Source of the DNA: a virus
DNA: 64,000 nucleotides
Reading direction: 5' to 3' (one strand)
IMG/VR virus record: IMGVR_UViG_3300006923_000018
Coordinates: 12,281 to 76,280 of that record
The notes under the pieces were generated by a model. The model was not told where the DNA came from. It ran no database searches and saw only the letters and a program-made list of their open reading frames with translations. Position numbers and translations under genes: made by a program. Shown piece after piece: positions 9,981 through 18,839 of this stretch. The number at the start of each line of letters is the position of its first letter. The stretch's first letter is position 1.

Positions 9981-10568
9981 ATGCCAACATTTACAACCCG
10001 TCATCGTGTCCGATCACTCCTTGGCCTTGCCAGTGGTGTCACTGTTCATGATGAACTAATCGATGTTCTTGTAGATGTTGCAGATCAAATGGTATTCGAT
10101 GAGATTGATTTGCCAGCCGCAAGCGGTGGCCGAGTAACTGCATTTGATGAATATATTGATATAGATCGTTACGGCGTCAATGAGTTCGCAATTACTAATA
10201 TGCCATTAGTAAGTGTCGTGGCAATTACTACTGGTGGAACCAGCGGCACGCTTTTGGATTCCGATAATTATTATTCTACAGCCTGGGGCCAAGTGCGTTT
10301 AACTAACAATGAATCTTATTTTCCGGTTGGTCGCCGTAAAGTATGGATTACATATAAGGCTGGATTTGTTAATATCCCACCTGACCTTTCTCACGCAGCC
10401 ACGATCATAGCAGTTCATCATTTTAATGAAGGGCCACACGTCGGTTTTCAAAGTGAACGATTATCCACTTATAACTATAAACTCGCGAATTTAGGCAATG
10501 GTATGACAATGCCGCCAATTGCTCAGCGCATCTTGTATAAATACCGCAGGGCTTTTGCCCGGCCATAG
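9981..10568 (+). CDS. Head-tail connector/adaptor (gp6/gp15-like)
   Basis: HDELIDVLVDVA...PLVSV...ITYKAGF..IPPDL...ILYKYRR pattern and position. Confidence 0.75.
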   Translation: MPTFTTRHRVRSLLGLASGVTVHDELIDVLVDVADQMVFDEIDLPAASGGRVTAFDEYIDIDRYGVNEFAITNMPLVSVVAITTGGTSGTLLDSDNYYSTAWGQVRLTNNESYFPVGRRKVWITYKAGFVNIPPDLSHAATIIAVHHFNEGPHVGFQSERLSTYNYKLANLGNGMTMPPIAQRILYKYRRAFARP

Positions 10569-10576
10569 GAGTCATT

Positions 10577-10975
10577 GTGACACAACTAAGAAAACGCAAA
10601 AGGCCAGGCGACCGCCTAACGGTTCATACTCCCAGCGAAATCGTACACTGTCATCTAGTAGACAATTTTATGGTGGCATCGTGCAAGTCTTCATCAGCCG
10701 TTCGAGCACTAAAGCGAAAAGGGTTTAAGGTTTTTGAAGGCGCCCCCGCGTCAAAGCCAAAGAAGGCAGCCGCTAAATCAAGTCCAAACAAAGAATTAAA
10801 GTATGGAATTGAGTTCGATATTCTACGCGCAAGTGTTGATGACCTTTGTGATGAGTTATCATCAGGAAGCCATGACGCTCACCTTAAAAACTTGTTAGAA
10901 TGCGAGAAAGGCTCGAAGGCGAGAAAGACGGCTATTGAAGCCATAGAATCGAGAATTGCAAAACTAGCCCCGTAG
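10577..10975 (+). CDS. Hypothetical protein
   Basis: AGGAG SD + GTG; C-terminal LLECEKGSKARKTAIEAIESRI helical motif. Confidence 0.65.
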   Translation: MTQLRKRKRPGDRLTVHTPSEIVHCHLVDNFMVASCKSSSAVRALKRKGFKVFEGAPASKPKKAAAKSSPNKELKYGIEFDILRASVDDLCDELSSGSHDAHLKNLLECEKGSKARKTAIEAIESRIAKLAP

Positions 10976-11025
10976 TGAGCATCTGATTTCTATTGCCACT
11001 GATGGTTATAGAGGATTTTAATATT

Positions 11026-11745
11026 ATGAAAAAGCATATAGTTACTGTAATTGGTGATCACTTTTGCGTGGGTGCTCGGGATATTTGCGGATTTCCCAAT
11101 CGTCTCCATGTGGAGTTCGGGAAGTCTTCCGGCCCAATGTATACAGCCGTTCTGGGGCATGGCGTGTCTGGTGGAATCCGCAAGGTGTCAGAAGAGGTGT
11201 CATCCGCCATTACAGATGCTTATTCTTATGATGCTGATGAGTATACAGCCCTGCTCTGGGTTGGTGTTGGAGATCTAAAATCAGGCGGCATCCCATTTAG
11301 CGCTTGGGAGAATATGCTAGATCATTGCCTTTGCTCTCTCTTGGCTGCTGACATGAACGTATATGTAATCATTCATAACTGGCCTTTTGACGCTTCTTTC
11401 TTTGATAAGTCTTGGAAGAAATGGGTTATCAAAATTAATGATATTAAAAGAAGGCTTTGTAAAAAGTACGGTATTTGGTTTATACGAGTAGACGTGGAAA
11501 CAGAAGACTTTGCAGATCTTTATTCCCTTAAAGCTAAATCGTATCAATATGTCTCTCATCAAATTGCTAAAGAAGTTTGCGCCGGTTTGAAAAAACAATC
11601 CGCTTCCGAGGACAGCTTTCCAGAAGTAGTGCAGCGGCCTTCTCGTAAACGGGTTGATCCTGTTATTGAATCTAATAATAATGAGGAGCAGAACATGAAC
11701 TTAGTTATTGTGGCTCCAGATCGCGTTCGCCACGAAAGGAGATAA
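11026..11745 (+). CDS. SGNH/GDSL hydrolase-like fold, catalytic residues altered
   Basis: IVTVIGDHFCVG (GDS to GDH), GHGVSG, LWVGVGDL (GxND-like), DLYSLKAKSY in place of DxxHP. Confidence 0.55.
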   Translation: MKKHIVTVIGDHFCVGARDICGFPNRLHVEFGKSSGPMYTAVLGHGVSGGIRKVSEEVSSAITDAYSYDADEYTALLWVGVGDLKSGGIPFSAWENMLDHCLCSLLAADMNVYVIIHNWPFDASFFDKSWKKWVIKINDIKRRLCKKYGIWFIRVDVETEDFADLYSLKAKSYQYVSHQIAKEVCAGLKKQSASEDSFPEVVQRPSRKRVDPVIESNNNEEQNMNLVIVAPDRVRHERR

Positions 11746-11746
11746 A

Positions 11747-12217
11747 ATGCGTCCTTCAGTTCTAATAGTTTGTGACAGCATGGATCATGCTTTGTTCAAC
11801 GACTTGGTATACAAGAAAGACTTGTGCATTGTTGGAGAGTGCCCAAAGGAGGGCGCTCCTAAGAAGTACGGCAATACTCCAATCACACTCTTAGATCATA
11901 GTGAATTAAATAATTTTAGTTGGATGAGCGTGGTGAGCGGCAGTTCAGATGGATGCGTTAAACTCCTGAAAGATACTTCTAATCTTACTCATGTAGTAGT
12001 GGTGGTAGTGGCTGGCGTTGCTAGTCCTGCTCTTAAAAAGCTATGCGATAAGGCTCTTTTAATAGAAGTTCATCCTGGCTATTTTGGGATTGTGTCTGCT
12101 GAGAATAATACATATGCGCTAGAGGTGATTGCAGATGGAAAGTCCCCGAAGGCTCCAGCCAAGGCACCTAAACCCGCGAAGGCTCCAGAGCCTGCCCCAG
12201 CACCGCCCGCGTCATGA
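11747..12217 (+). CDS. Hypothetical protein with Pro/Ala/Lys-rich tail
   Basis: AAGGAG SD; PAKAPKPAKAPEPAPAPP C-terminus. Confidence 0.6.
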   Translation: MRPSVLIVCDSMDHALFNDLVYKKDLCIVGECPKEGAPKKYGNTPITLLDHSELNNFSWMSVVSGSSDGCVKLLKDTSNLTHVVVVVVAGVASPALKKLCDKALLIEVHPGYFGIVSAENNTYALEVIADGKSPKAPAKAPKPAKAPEPAPAPPAS

Positions 12218-12849
12218 TTATAAGTAGCGCACAGCGTCGGTTTACAATCATGCGCCTAACAGCGTTTGTTTTGGATGAGATTACATCTAAGGCAACAATG
12301 AGTGCAGATCGTCAGCCTGTCCGTGAATCAATCTTTCAGGTTCGTGTTCATAGCGGCACAACCAATTCCGGCACTGTCCAAATAACCGGATTAGACATAG
12401 ACGGTAACTCTATCAATGAAACTCTTACGTTTACTACAGCTGGCTATAAGCAAACCTCTAAGCGTTATGTAAGTATTAGCGCGGACGGTATTGTAACTAC
12501 TGGCCTAGCGGATGAGGCGGCAGTTCCAAATATTGCAATCAAGGCTCTTGGTCCTGATGGTTCTATTCAGAACATATCGTACATAGTAACGAAGGGCTGG
12601 CCTGCGATCATGGATAGGAGTCGTCCTTCTCGTGCTGATTGGAAGGGTGAGATCCCAGGTTCAATGGAAGAGGAGCCAGTCTTCATTATGCTTCAGTGGA
12701 CTGAAAACTTCTTCCCACGCGAAGGCGATATTTTTATAGATGATGATACTGCTGAGCAGTTTATTTTAACAGGAACCCCTCTGCTAGAGGGCTACGGTAG
12801 AGTTAGTCATTATGCAATCTGGGCGCAGAGGCGTCAGGGATCTGTATAA
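12214..12849 (+). CDS. Putative head-closure/neck protein
   Basis: Position in neck module; C-terminal PREGDIF..D..EQF pattern. Confidence 0.5.
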   Translation: MIISSAQRRFTIMRLTAFVLDEITSKATMSADRQPVRESIFQVRVHSGTTNSGTVQITGLDIDGNSINETLTFTTAGYKQTSKRYVSISADGIVTTGLADEAAVPNIAIKALGPDGSIQNISYIVTKGWPAIMDRSRPSRADWKGEIPGSMEEEPVFIMLQWTENFFPREGDIFIDDDTAEQFILTGTPLLEGYGRVSHYAIWAQRRQGSV

Positions 12850-12883
12850 ACCTTTACTTCATATTTAAATAATTGGAGGTCGT

Positions 12884-15778
12884 ATGCTTGCTATGCGCGG
12901 CAAGATTGCGAATGATAAGAAGCATGATGCGTTAGTAGTTATCCCGACTATTGGCGTTCCCGAGCCCTTCCTTGGTTTTTATAAAAACTTTATTGATTCT
13001 CTTAGTCTTAAGGCAAAGATTGTAATTTCTATAAACCCTGTAGAGAAGTCTCATGCGGACTTGTCTATTAAGTTAATCAATTCTGTTAATCTACCTGATG
13101 GATGCTCTTTGATTATTGAGCGTGCTGACGGCCCGATAGGTTTTGGTGCGGCTATAAATGCAGGTTTGATTAGAGGAATAAAAGAGGGCGGCCTTCCCAA
13201 GTATGTCATTACGGTGAATGATGATCTAGTGCTCGCCTCTGGCTGGGACACTGGATTGATTCGCGGTCTTGAGGCAAAGTCCTTTTGCTCTCCTGTTGAG
13301 CTTCCTGATTCAGACACCCTCCTGCGTACCAAGTACGATATTTCTCATATCAATAAGATTGGTCTTGTAGGTCCAGTTACAGATTACGCTGGAGGGATGC
13401 AGCAAGTTATAAACAGGAAAGACCTGGGCTCTAAGAGTTATGCGGACTTTGCTAAGGAGTGGTCCGAGACTCCATTTAATAAAAATGTTCTGATGAGCAC
13501 TAATCTTGTAGTTGGCCTGTGTTGCGGGATGAAGCGTGCTTTTATTAAAGACATGCTTTTAGACAACGGCGAATCCTACATTGGTATTTACGATGAGGAT
13601 TCATTTCCTATCGGCGGGTACGAAGACAATGATCTTTGTGTGCGTGCTTCATTAGCTGGGTGGGGAGTTGGCCTTGCGTGGGATGTTTTTGTTGGGCACC
13701 TGGGCTCACAAACTTTGAATCGATACTTTCCAGATCATCTTCGAGGACGCAAGAATCAGTCGAATTATTACGAGAAGTGGAAAGATATAACTTACAGAAA
13801 AGCTAAAAATAAGCTTGTAAGTGTTTACCGGATAAAGATTTCAACAGTAAACGATCTAATGATGTTGAAGCAAAGCCTGTTGCGCCATTCAGAGATTGTG
13901 GACGGTCACGCGATCCTTCTCACGAATAATCCATTAGATATTATTGATGCTGCTGATTGGGCCGCTTCTGGTGCATCTCTTGATGCTAGAGATCATCAGT
14001 TGCTTCATGATTCCAGTAATAAGGGTGCCCCTGGTGTTGCCAAGGCATTCAGGTCTTGGGTTCTCGACATTACCAATCAAGATCCCGAGGTCAAAGTTGA
14101 GGTATGGCAAAAAGGGTTTAATGAGCGGGATGAGCGGAACAGAGCCATCGATATTGCAGAATCCATGAGTCCAGACTGGTGCATATCTATCGATCATGAC
14201 GAGATTCTAGAAGACCGAATTACTAGAGGACACCTTGAACGGTATATGCGTCATCCTGACCCGCTGGTCTCAACTTGGGAACTGGGATGGCTGAACCATT
14301 GGGATAGTCCACGTATGTGCCGCATAGACGGTCCCTGGGGAGACAAGGGGGAGTTCAGAGGGGGGATGCGGGGGTCTAGGCTGTGGCGCGTTCTGAACGG
14401 GCAAGAATCGCGAATTCTAAGCGGGGGTGAAGATGGTCTTCATTGTGGGAATATTCCTCCCTTCTTTCCATCATCTGTTCGCAAGTCCGGTGCGCGATTT
14501 AGGCACTTTGGATATTTGAAGGCAGAAGATCGGTTTAGAAAATATCAGTTTTATCGCAAGCTAGATCCCAATCCCTCCATTTCTGAAGTCGGCGCCCACG
14601 ATTATAGCCATCTAATTAATGAAGAAAAAATGATGATGCGTGTCTACAATCCAACAAACGGTATTGGGCTCCATATGCTAGTATATGAGAAAGAGGAGCC
14701 CACCAATATCGCGGCACTCCTCAACGAGTTGCACGGGATGATGGACCAGATTGTACTGGTGTGGACTGGAGAATGGAATGATGAGGACAAATTTTGGTCT
14801 GTTGCTGGGCTCGACGCCCCATCCATAGAGGCATGGCCCGCAACGGGACCAAGCCGGGAGTTGGCTCATTACGCGCAAGCACATAACGCTGCCATTATTC
14901 ATCATCCTCTCGAAAATAATATCGCGCAAGCACGGAATGCTGGCATCAATTACTTAAATCAATTTCATAAAAATGGACTCGGATGGGCTTTATTTCTAGA
15001 TCCCGATGAGACCTTTTTAGATATGCACGATACTGTTACAGCTATGCGCGAGATGGCCCTATCTACTGATGCGTGGGGGTGGCTCTTTAAGTATAGAAAT
15101 CTTCTACCGGGTGGCGGATCTTCATCTTCTGAAAGTGTACGCATGGTCAAGCTGGATTCAGCCAAGATTATGCAGATGAACGGAAGAGTTCATGAATCAT
15201 TTGGGCATTCAATTAAGCGTCTTCAAGATCTGGGCATTCACCCATCCTTCCAATACGCGCCGTTCTATTCAATCAATGATGGATTAAATCGGACACCAGA
15301 ACAGAACGCGGCAAAGGTAAATCTTTATCGTGGTCTACTGATTGAGGAGCTTGAAGCTAATCCGCTTCAGCCTGGTCCGTGGGTTTCACTGGGACTGCAA
15401 TACAATAATGACGGAAACCCCGAAATGGCTAAAGAGTGTTACGAGCGAGCGGTCATTTGCGCCGGGACCAGCTTTTTGCCATTTATGGAGTTGGCACTTT
15501 ATCATCTTCGTGTTGGGAAATCATTACTGAAAGAGGTAGTAACTCGCACAGTAAGTCATCACGATGCCCACAATATTGCTGTGAAGGGCATTGAGATTTT
15601 AGACAAGCTGGCCCCAGGGCAACCCTATATAGAAACTGGTGGCCCTATTGCAAAGGATGCGCTGCTTCCTGATTTTCCATTCAGTGAGTTGATCGATAAT
15701 ATCGAAGAGTCTCAAAACAACTCGATAAACGAGAGCGAATCCTTTACCATAGAGGAAGGGGCCGGGCTCCGCGTATGA
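12884..15778 (+). CDS. Multidomain glycosyltransferase: three GT-A/GT2-like domains plus TPR
   Basis: Domain 1: VVIPT, GFGAAIN, VNDD, GGYEDNDLCVRA, VFVGHLGSQT. Domain 2: NERDERN, SIDHDE, LHCGNIP, RHFGY. Domain 3: NIAQARN, FLDPDE, GRVHE, then TPR-like WVSLGLQY....EMAKECYERA. Confidence 0.88.
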   Translation: MLAMRGKIANDKKHDALVVIPTIGVPEPFLGFYKNFIDSLSLKAKIVISINPVEKSHADLSIKLINSVNLPDGCSLIIERADGPIGFGAAINAGLIRGIKEGGLPKYVITVNDDLVLASGWDTGLIRGLEAKSFCSPVELPDSDTLLRTKYDISHINKIGLVGPVTDYAGGMQQVINRKDLGSKSYADFAKEWSETPFNKNVLMSTNLVVGLCCGMKRAFIKDMLLDNGESYIGIYDEDSFPIGGYEDNDLCVRASLAGWGVGLAWDVFVGHLGSQTLNRYFPDHLRGRKNQSNYYEKWKDITYRKAKNKLVSVYRIKISTVNDLMMLKQSLLRHSEIVDGHAILLTNNPLDIIDAADWAASGASLDARDHQLLHDSSNKGAPGVAKAFRSWVLDITNQDPEVKVEVWQKGFNERDERNRAIDIAESMSPDWCISIDHDEILEDRITRGHLERYMRHPDPLVSTWELGWLNHWDSPRMCRIDGPWGDKGEFRGGMRGSRLWRVLNGQESRILSGGEDGLHCGNIPPFFPSSVRKSGARFRHFGYLKAEDRFRKYQFYRKLDPNPSISEVGAHDYSHLINEEKMMMRVYNPTNGIGLHMLVYEKEEPTNIAALLNELHGMMDQIVLVWTGEWNDEDKFWSVAGLDAPSIEAWPATGPSRELAHYAQAHNAAIIHHPLENNIAQARNAGINYLNQFHKNGLGWALFLDPDETFLDMHDTVTAMREMALSTDAWGWLFKYRNLLPGGGSSSSESVRMVKLDSAKIMQMNGRVHESFGHSIKRLQDLGIHPSFQYAPFYSINDGLNRTPEQNAAKVNLYRGLLIEELEANPLQPGPWVSLGLQYNNDGNPEMAKECYERAVICAGTSFLPFMELALYHLRVGKSLLKEVVTRTVSHHDAHNIAVKGIEILDKLAPGQPYIETGGPIAKDALLPDFPFSELIDNIEESQNNSINESESFTIEEGAGLRV

Positions 15779-15785
15779 GGTAGTT

Positions 15786-16298
15786 ATGTCGATGTCAGTG
15801 GATGCCGGTAGTCTAAAGGTCATAATCTTTAGACTAGACGGCAAGAAGCGCGGCATTAAAAAGGCAAGCCTAATTGCTCTAGAGCGAATGGGTAAGATTC
15901 TCCATGCGCGTATTCTAGAGAATATGTCATACAAGGATCATTCATTATCTGATTTAGCCAGGTTAGATCATCCTTATGCAAAGCAACGTTATGGTGGAAT
16001 TCAAATCCATAAGCAGAAGCCCTACGTCGTTCATCAGCAGGGAACACACAACAGCCTAAATCTGAACACTGCTCTTACTGGAAAGTTAATTAAAAGCCGG
16101 TATACATATGAGATTAAACTAGACCACAAGAAAGCCCCATATGCAAAATGGGTTATTTATGGAACTAAGGTAATGTTCGGGCGTAGTGTATTATGGCAAA
16201 CCGGCGCTGAGAAATCTACTAGGCGAAAAATGATGAAGGAAGCCATTAAGGTTGTTGGTGCAGAGACAAGATTAAAAGCTGGCATTCGGTTCATATAG
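15786..16298 (+). CDS. HK97 gp10-like neck/tail protein
   Basis: Basic protein with APYAKWVIYGTKVM.GR motif; position. Confidence 0.6.
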   Translation: MSMSVDAGSLKVIIFRLDGKKRGIKKASLIALERMGKILHARILENMSYKDHSLSDLARLDHPYAKQRYGGIQIHKQKPYVVHQQGTHNSLNLNTALTGKLIKSRYTYEIKLDHKKAPYAKWVIYGTKVMFGRSVLWQTGAEKSTRRKMMKEAIKVVGAETRLKAGIRFI

Positions 16299-16306
16299 GA
16301 GGACTT

Positions 16307-16720
16307 TTGGCAAATTCAATGTTGGACATCTTGCAGATTATACGCGGTCTGCTTTTTGCTGATAGCACCATTACTGGAATGGTTGGTGATGCGATCTATA
16401 CTTCTCATATTCTTGATGCTGATGCTGGAACGGCGCCTCTCCCTGCGTATATTATTTCTCTTGATAATGGTACATCAATGTATAATGGACAGGTTCAGTT
16501 TCAGGATATTGAGGCTTACGGTTATTCGCGCATAAGTGCAGCCGAAGCCATGTCCGTTTATCAGGCTGGGTATAATGTTCTCCAGGCTAGTCGTCTCACG
16601 CTGGATAATGTTTCAGCCAAGGGATATATCTACGAAATCAATCGTCCCGATTCAGGTTATAACGATCGGATTAAAGCATGGTTTGTCCGTGGTCGATTCC
16701 ATGCAGTAACGGCAGGATAA
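16307..16720 (+). CDS. Tail completion/terminator protein
   Basis: LFADSTITGMVGDAIY N-terminal motif; position before tail tube. Confidence 0.65.
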   Translation: MANSMLDILQIIRGLLFADSTITGMVGDAIYTSHILDADAGTAPLPAYIISLDNGTSMYNGQVQFQDIEAYGYSRISAAEAMSVYQAGYNVLQASRLTLDNVSAKGYIYEINRPDSGYNDRIKAWFVRGRFHAVTAG

Positions 16721-16920
16721 TGGAAACTCAGAGCAGTAAACCTTTTAGCGCTACGAATGGTATCTCAACTGATATTTATTGTTGCGGAGAGCCCATCTAT
16801 AAATTGCGGGCTGGGTTGCGTATTCTTACTCAGCGATGCACGGCTTTGCCGGATACTTATTTAGATGTAAAGTGTCCCAAGTGTAATAAACGAACCAAGC
16901 TGAGAGTTGGTAAAGAGTAG
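16720..16920 (+). CDS. Small zinc-ribbon protein (Com-like)
   Basis: IYCCG...LDVKCPKCNK; ATG overlaps upstream TAA. Confidence 0.55.
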   Translation: METQSSKPFSATNGISTDIYCCGEPIYKLRAGLRILTQRCTALPDTYLDVKCPKCNKRTKLRVGKE

Positions 16921-16926
16921 GAATTT

Positions 16927-17289
16927 ATGAGTGTAGAAGATCGGCTAGCCAAGATAGAACGTCACATGCGCGGGATGGATGAGGAGATCAACACTATCTC
17001 TTCAATGGTTTCTGCGCCCAAGTCGGAAGAGCCCCCACCTCATCGCGGCGCTGCGAATCCAGATCAGATCTGGGCCTGCAAGAAGTGCAGTTCACGTCTA
17101 GGCTTTTATGATCCGGTAACTGATCTATTACGGATTCGGTATAAGGATTTTGTAACGTTTATGCACATTGGTGTTGGTGGATTTGTTCAGGTTTTATGTA
17201 GATCTTGCTCCGAAATGAATACGGCTGAATACGAAGGGCGAAGTGAAAATTCATCGCCTGTACCGGAATTGGTTAAACAGTCGGGCTAG
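16927..17289 (+). CDS. Zinc-ribbon protein (Com-like) with N-terminal coiled coil
   Basis: WACKKCSSRLG...VQVLCRSCSEMN. Confidence 0.6.
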   Translation: MSVEDRLAKIERHMRGMDEEINTISSMVSAPKSEEPPPHRGAANPDQIWACKKCSSRLGFYDPVTDLLRIRYKDFVTFMHIGVGGFVQVLCRSCSEMNTAEYEGRSENSSPVPELVKQSG

Positions 17290-17371
17290 CATCCATTTCC
17301 AAACCATGCTATCTTTTCTGAAGACGCCAGCCAGGTGCTTACCTCTAATTATGAATTAAGGAGACAAGAGC

Positions 17372-17932
17372 ATGCCTCTTAATATACCTACTGGCACAAC
17401 AAACGACATTTCATTTGGTCCAGCGCGACTCTTCATCAAGCCCTGGGCTGCTGCGGCCATGGGAACCCCAGACACTGACGTAGGTTACATCAGTGAGGAT
17501 GGCGTTAGTGTTGAAATTACTAGCGAGATGAAAGATATTGTTCAGGGCAATCCTAAGCTTATTGAATATACTTTCAGCCAAACTCAGGGAGTTTCAGTCA
17601 CTCTAAGCTCGATTGAGTGGGATTTTAATAATCTTGTCTATGCGCTCGGCGCTGGCGTTACTGCAAACGGTGCTACACTCAAGTATTCTTTTGGTGGAGA
17701 TCCCCTTGTAAGTTCCGTAGCGCTCAACATTGAGCACCAGATGGCGGTTACTGGTAATACACTTAATCTTTATGTGTGGAAGGCCGTCAGTGAATCTGGA
17801 GTGAGCTTCCCGTTTGGCGCTGACGAGCATACATTTGAATACAAATGGAAAGCTCAGCGTGCGGACACTGATTGGGGTGGCACCGCCTTGACTTACGAAA
17901 AGCAACTGATTCAGATTTTACGATCTAGCTAA
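17372..17932 (+). CDS. Major tail tube protein
   Basis: ISFGPARLFI...DVGYISEDGVSVEI tail-tube-like motif; strong SD; precedes chaperones and tape measure. Confidence 0.8.
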   Translation: MPLNIPTGTTNDISFGPARLFIKPWAAAAMGTPDTDVGYISEDGVSVEITSEMKDIVQGNPKLIEYTFSQTQGVSVTLSSIEWDFNNLVYALGAGVTANGATLKYSFGGDPLVSSVALNIEHQMAVTGNTLNLYVWKAVSESGVSFPFGADEHTFEYKWKAQRADTDWGGTALTYEKQLIQILRSS

Positions 17933-17990
17933 TCGTTTAGTTTAATCTGGAAGCCTTGTTGGGCTCGTGATATGGTAATAATGCCTAACG

Positions 17991-18521
17991 ATGCCCAAGG
18001 AGGTACAGGTGCAAGAAGAAACAACTAAGATAGATGAAGTTAGCAATCCAGGGTTAGATCTTACTCAGATGCTGGATACTTTAGTCCCCCCAAAAACGGT
18101 TACTGTAGTTGATGTGTTTGGAAATGAGTATGAGACCACTTCGGTCTGCTCAGCAAGATCACAGATTCGGATACTGAGAAAGTTTGAAGAATTGCAGACA
18201 TTGCCCGCTATTGCAGAGCAACTCGGAGACGATATTGCTATTGGCGATGCGGGATCGATCGCTGCCCTCATTGTAAAGGTAGCGTCTGACCCTCAAGTGC
18301 TTGGTGGAATTGCCTCAGCTTTTGAGATTGGTCATCCAAAGACTTACAGTCTTGCTGTTAAAGCTGCTAAGAAGCAAGGATTAAAAGAAATTGAAGATGC
18401 TGCGGATTTATTTCCGATTGAGGAGTTGGTTGCTGCCGTCCTCCCTTTGTTCATGCGTCTGTTACGCAAGAGCGCGACAGCGATAAACGCCCTAACGGGA
18501 GCGACGACCCCAGTAGCGTAG
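17991..18521 (+). CDS. Tail assembly chaperone (gpG-like)
   Basis: Between tail tube and tape measure; contains in-frame slippery site C CCT TTG. Confidence 0.75.
   Translation: MPKEVQVQEETTKIDEVSNPGLDLTQMLDTLVPPKTVTVVDVFGNEYETTSVCSARSQIRILRKFEELQTLPAIAEQLGDDIAIGDAGSIAALIVKVASDPQVLGGIASAFEIGHPKTYSLAVKAAKKQGLKEIEDAADLFPIEELVAAVLPLFMRLLRKSATAINALTGATTPVA
18443..18449 (+). other. Predicted -1 programmed ribosomal frameshift site
   Basis: X XXY YYZ heptamer C CCT TTG; the -1 frame is open from 18422 through the 18533-18826 ORF. Confidence 0.7.
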
Positions 18522-18532
18522 AGGGGTTAAAA

Positions 18533-18826
18533 ATGATCCTTGGCGCATTATTGGCGTCTGGTCATTCTCTAGATCAAATCCTTGACATGTCATGGGATCA
18601 AATTGGTTTAATGGGGGAGTGCGTTTTAATACATAAGTATGAAATGCTTAATTCCCTCATTGAACCTGTAATGGTTTCTATGGGTGGTAAGTATAAATCG
18701 GGTAAAGTTAATCGTAAAAGTAGAAAACAGAAAACCAATAAGTCAAAACTTACGCCTAAGCAGCGTGAAGAGTTATTGATTCATCAATTTGCGAGCGCGG
18801 GAATCCCGATCGGTGTAAAATCGTGA
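18533..18826 (+). CDS. Tail assembly chaperone C-terminal part (gpT-like)
   Basis: -1 frame relative to upstream ORF; ILDMSWDQI motif; directly before tape measure. Confidence 0.7.
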   Translation: MILGALLASGHSLDQILDMSWDQIGLMGECVLIHKYEMLNSLIEPVMVSMGGKYKSGKVNRKSRKQKTNKSKLTPKQREELLIHQFASAGIPIGVKS

Positions 18827-18839
18827 CTGGAGAATTTGA

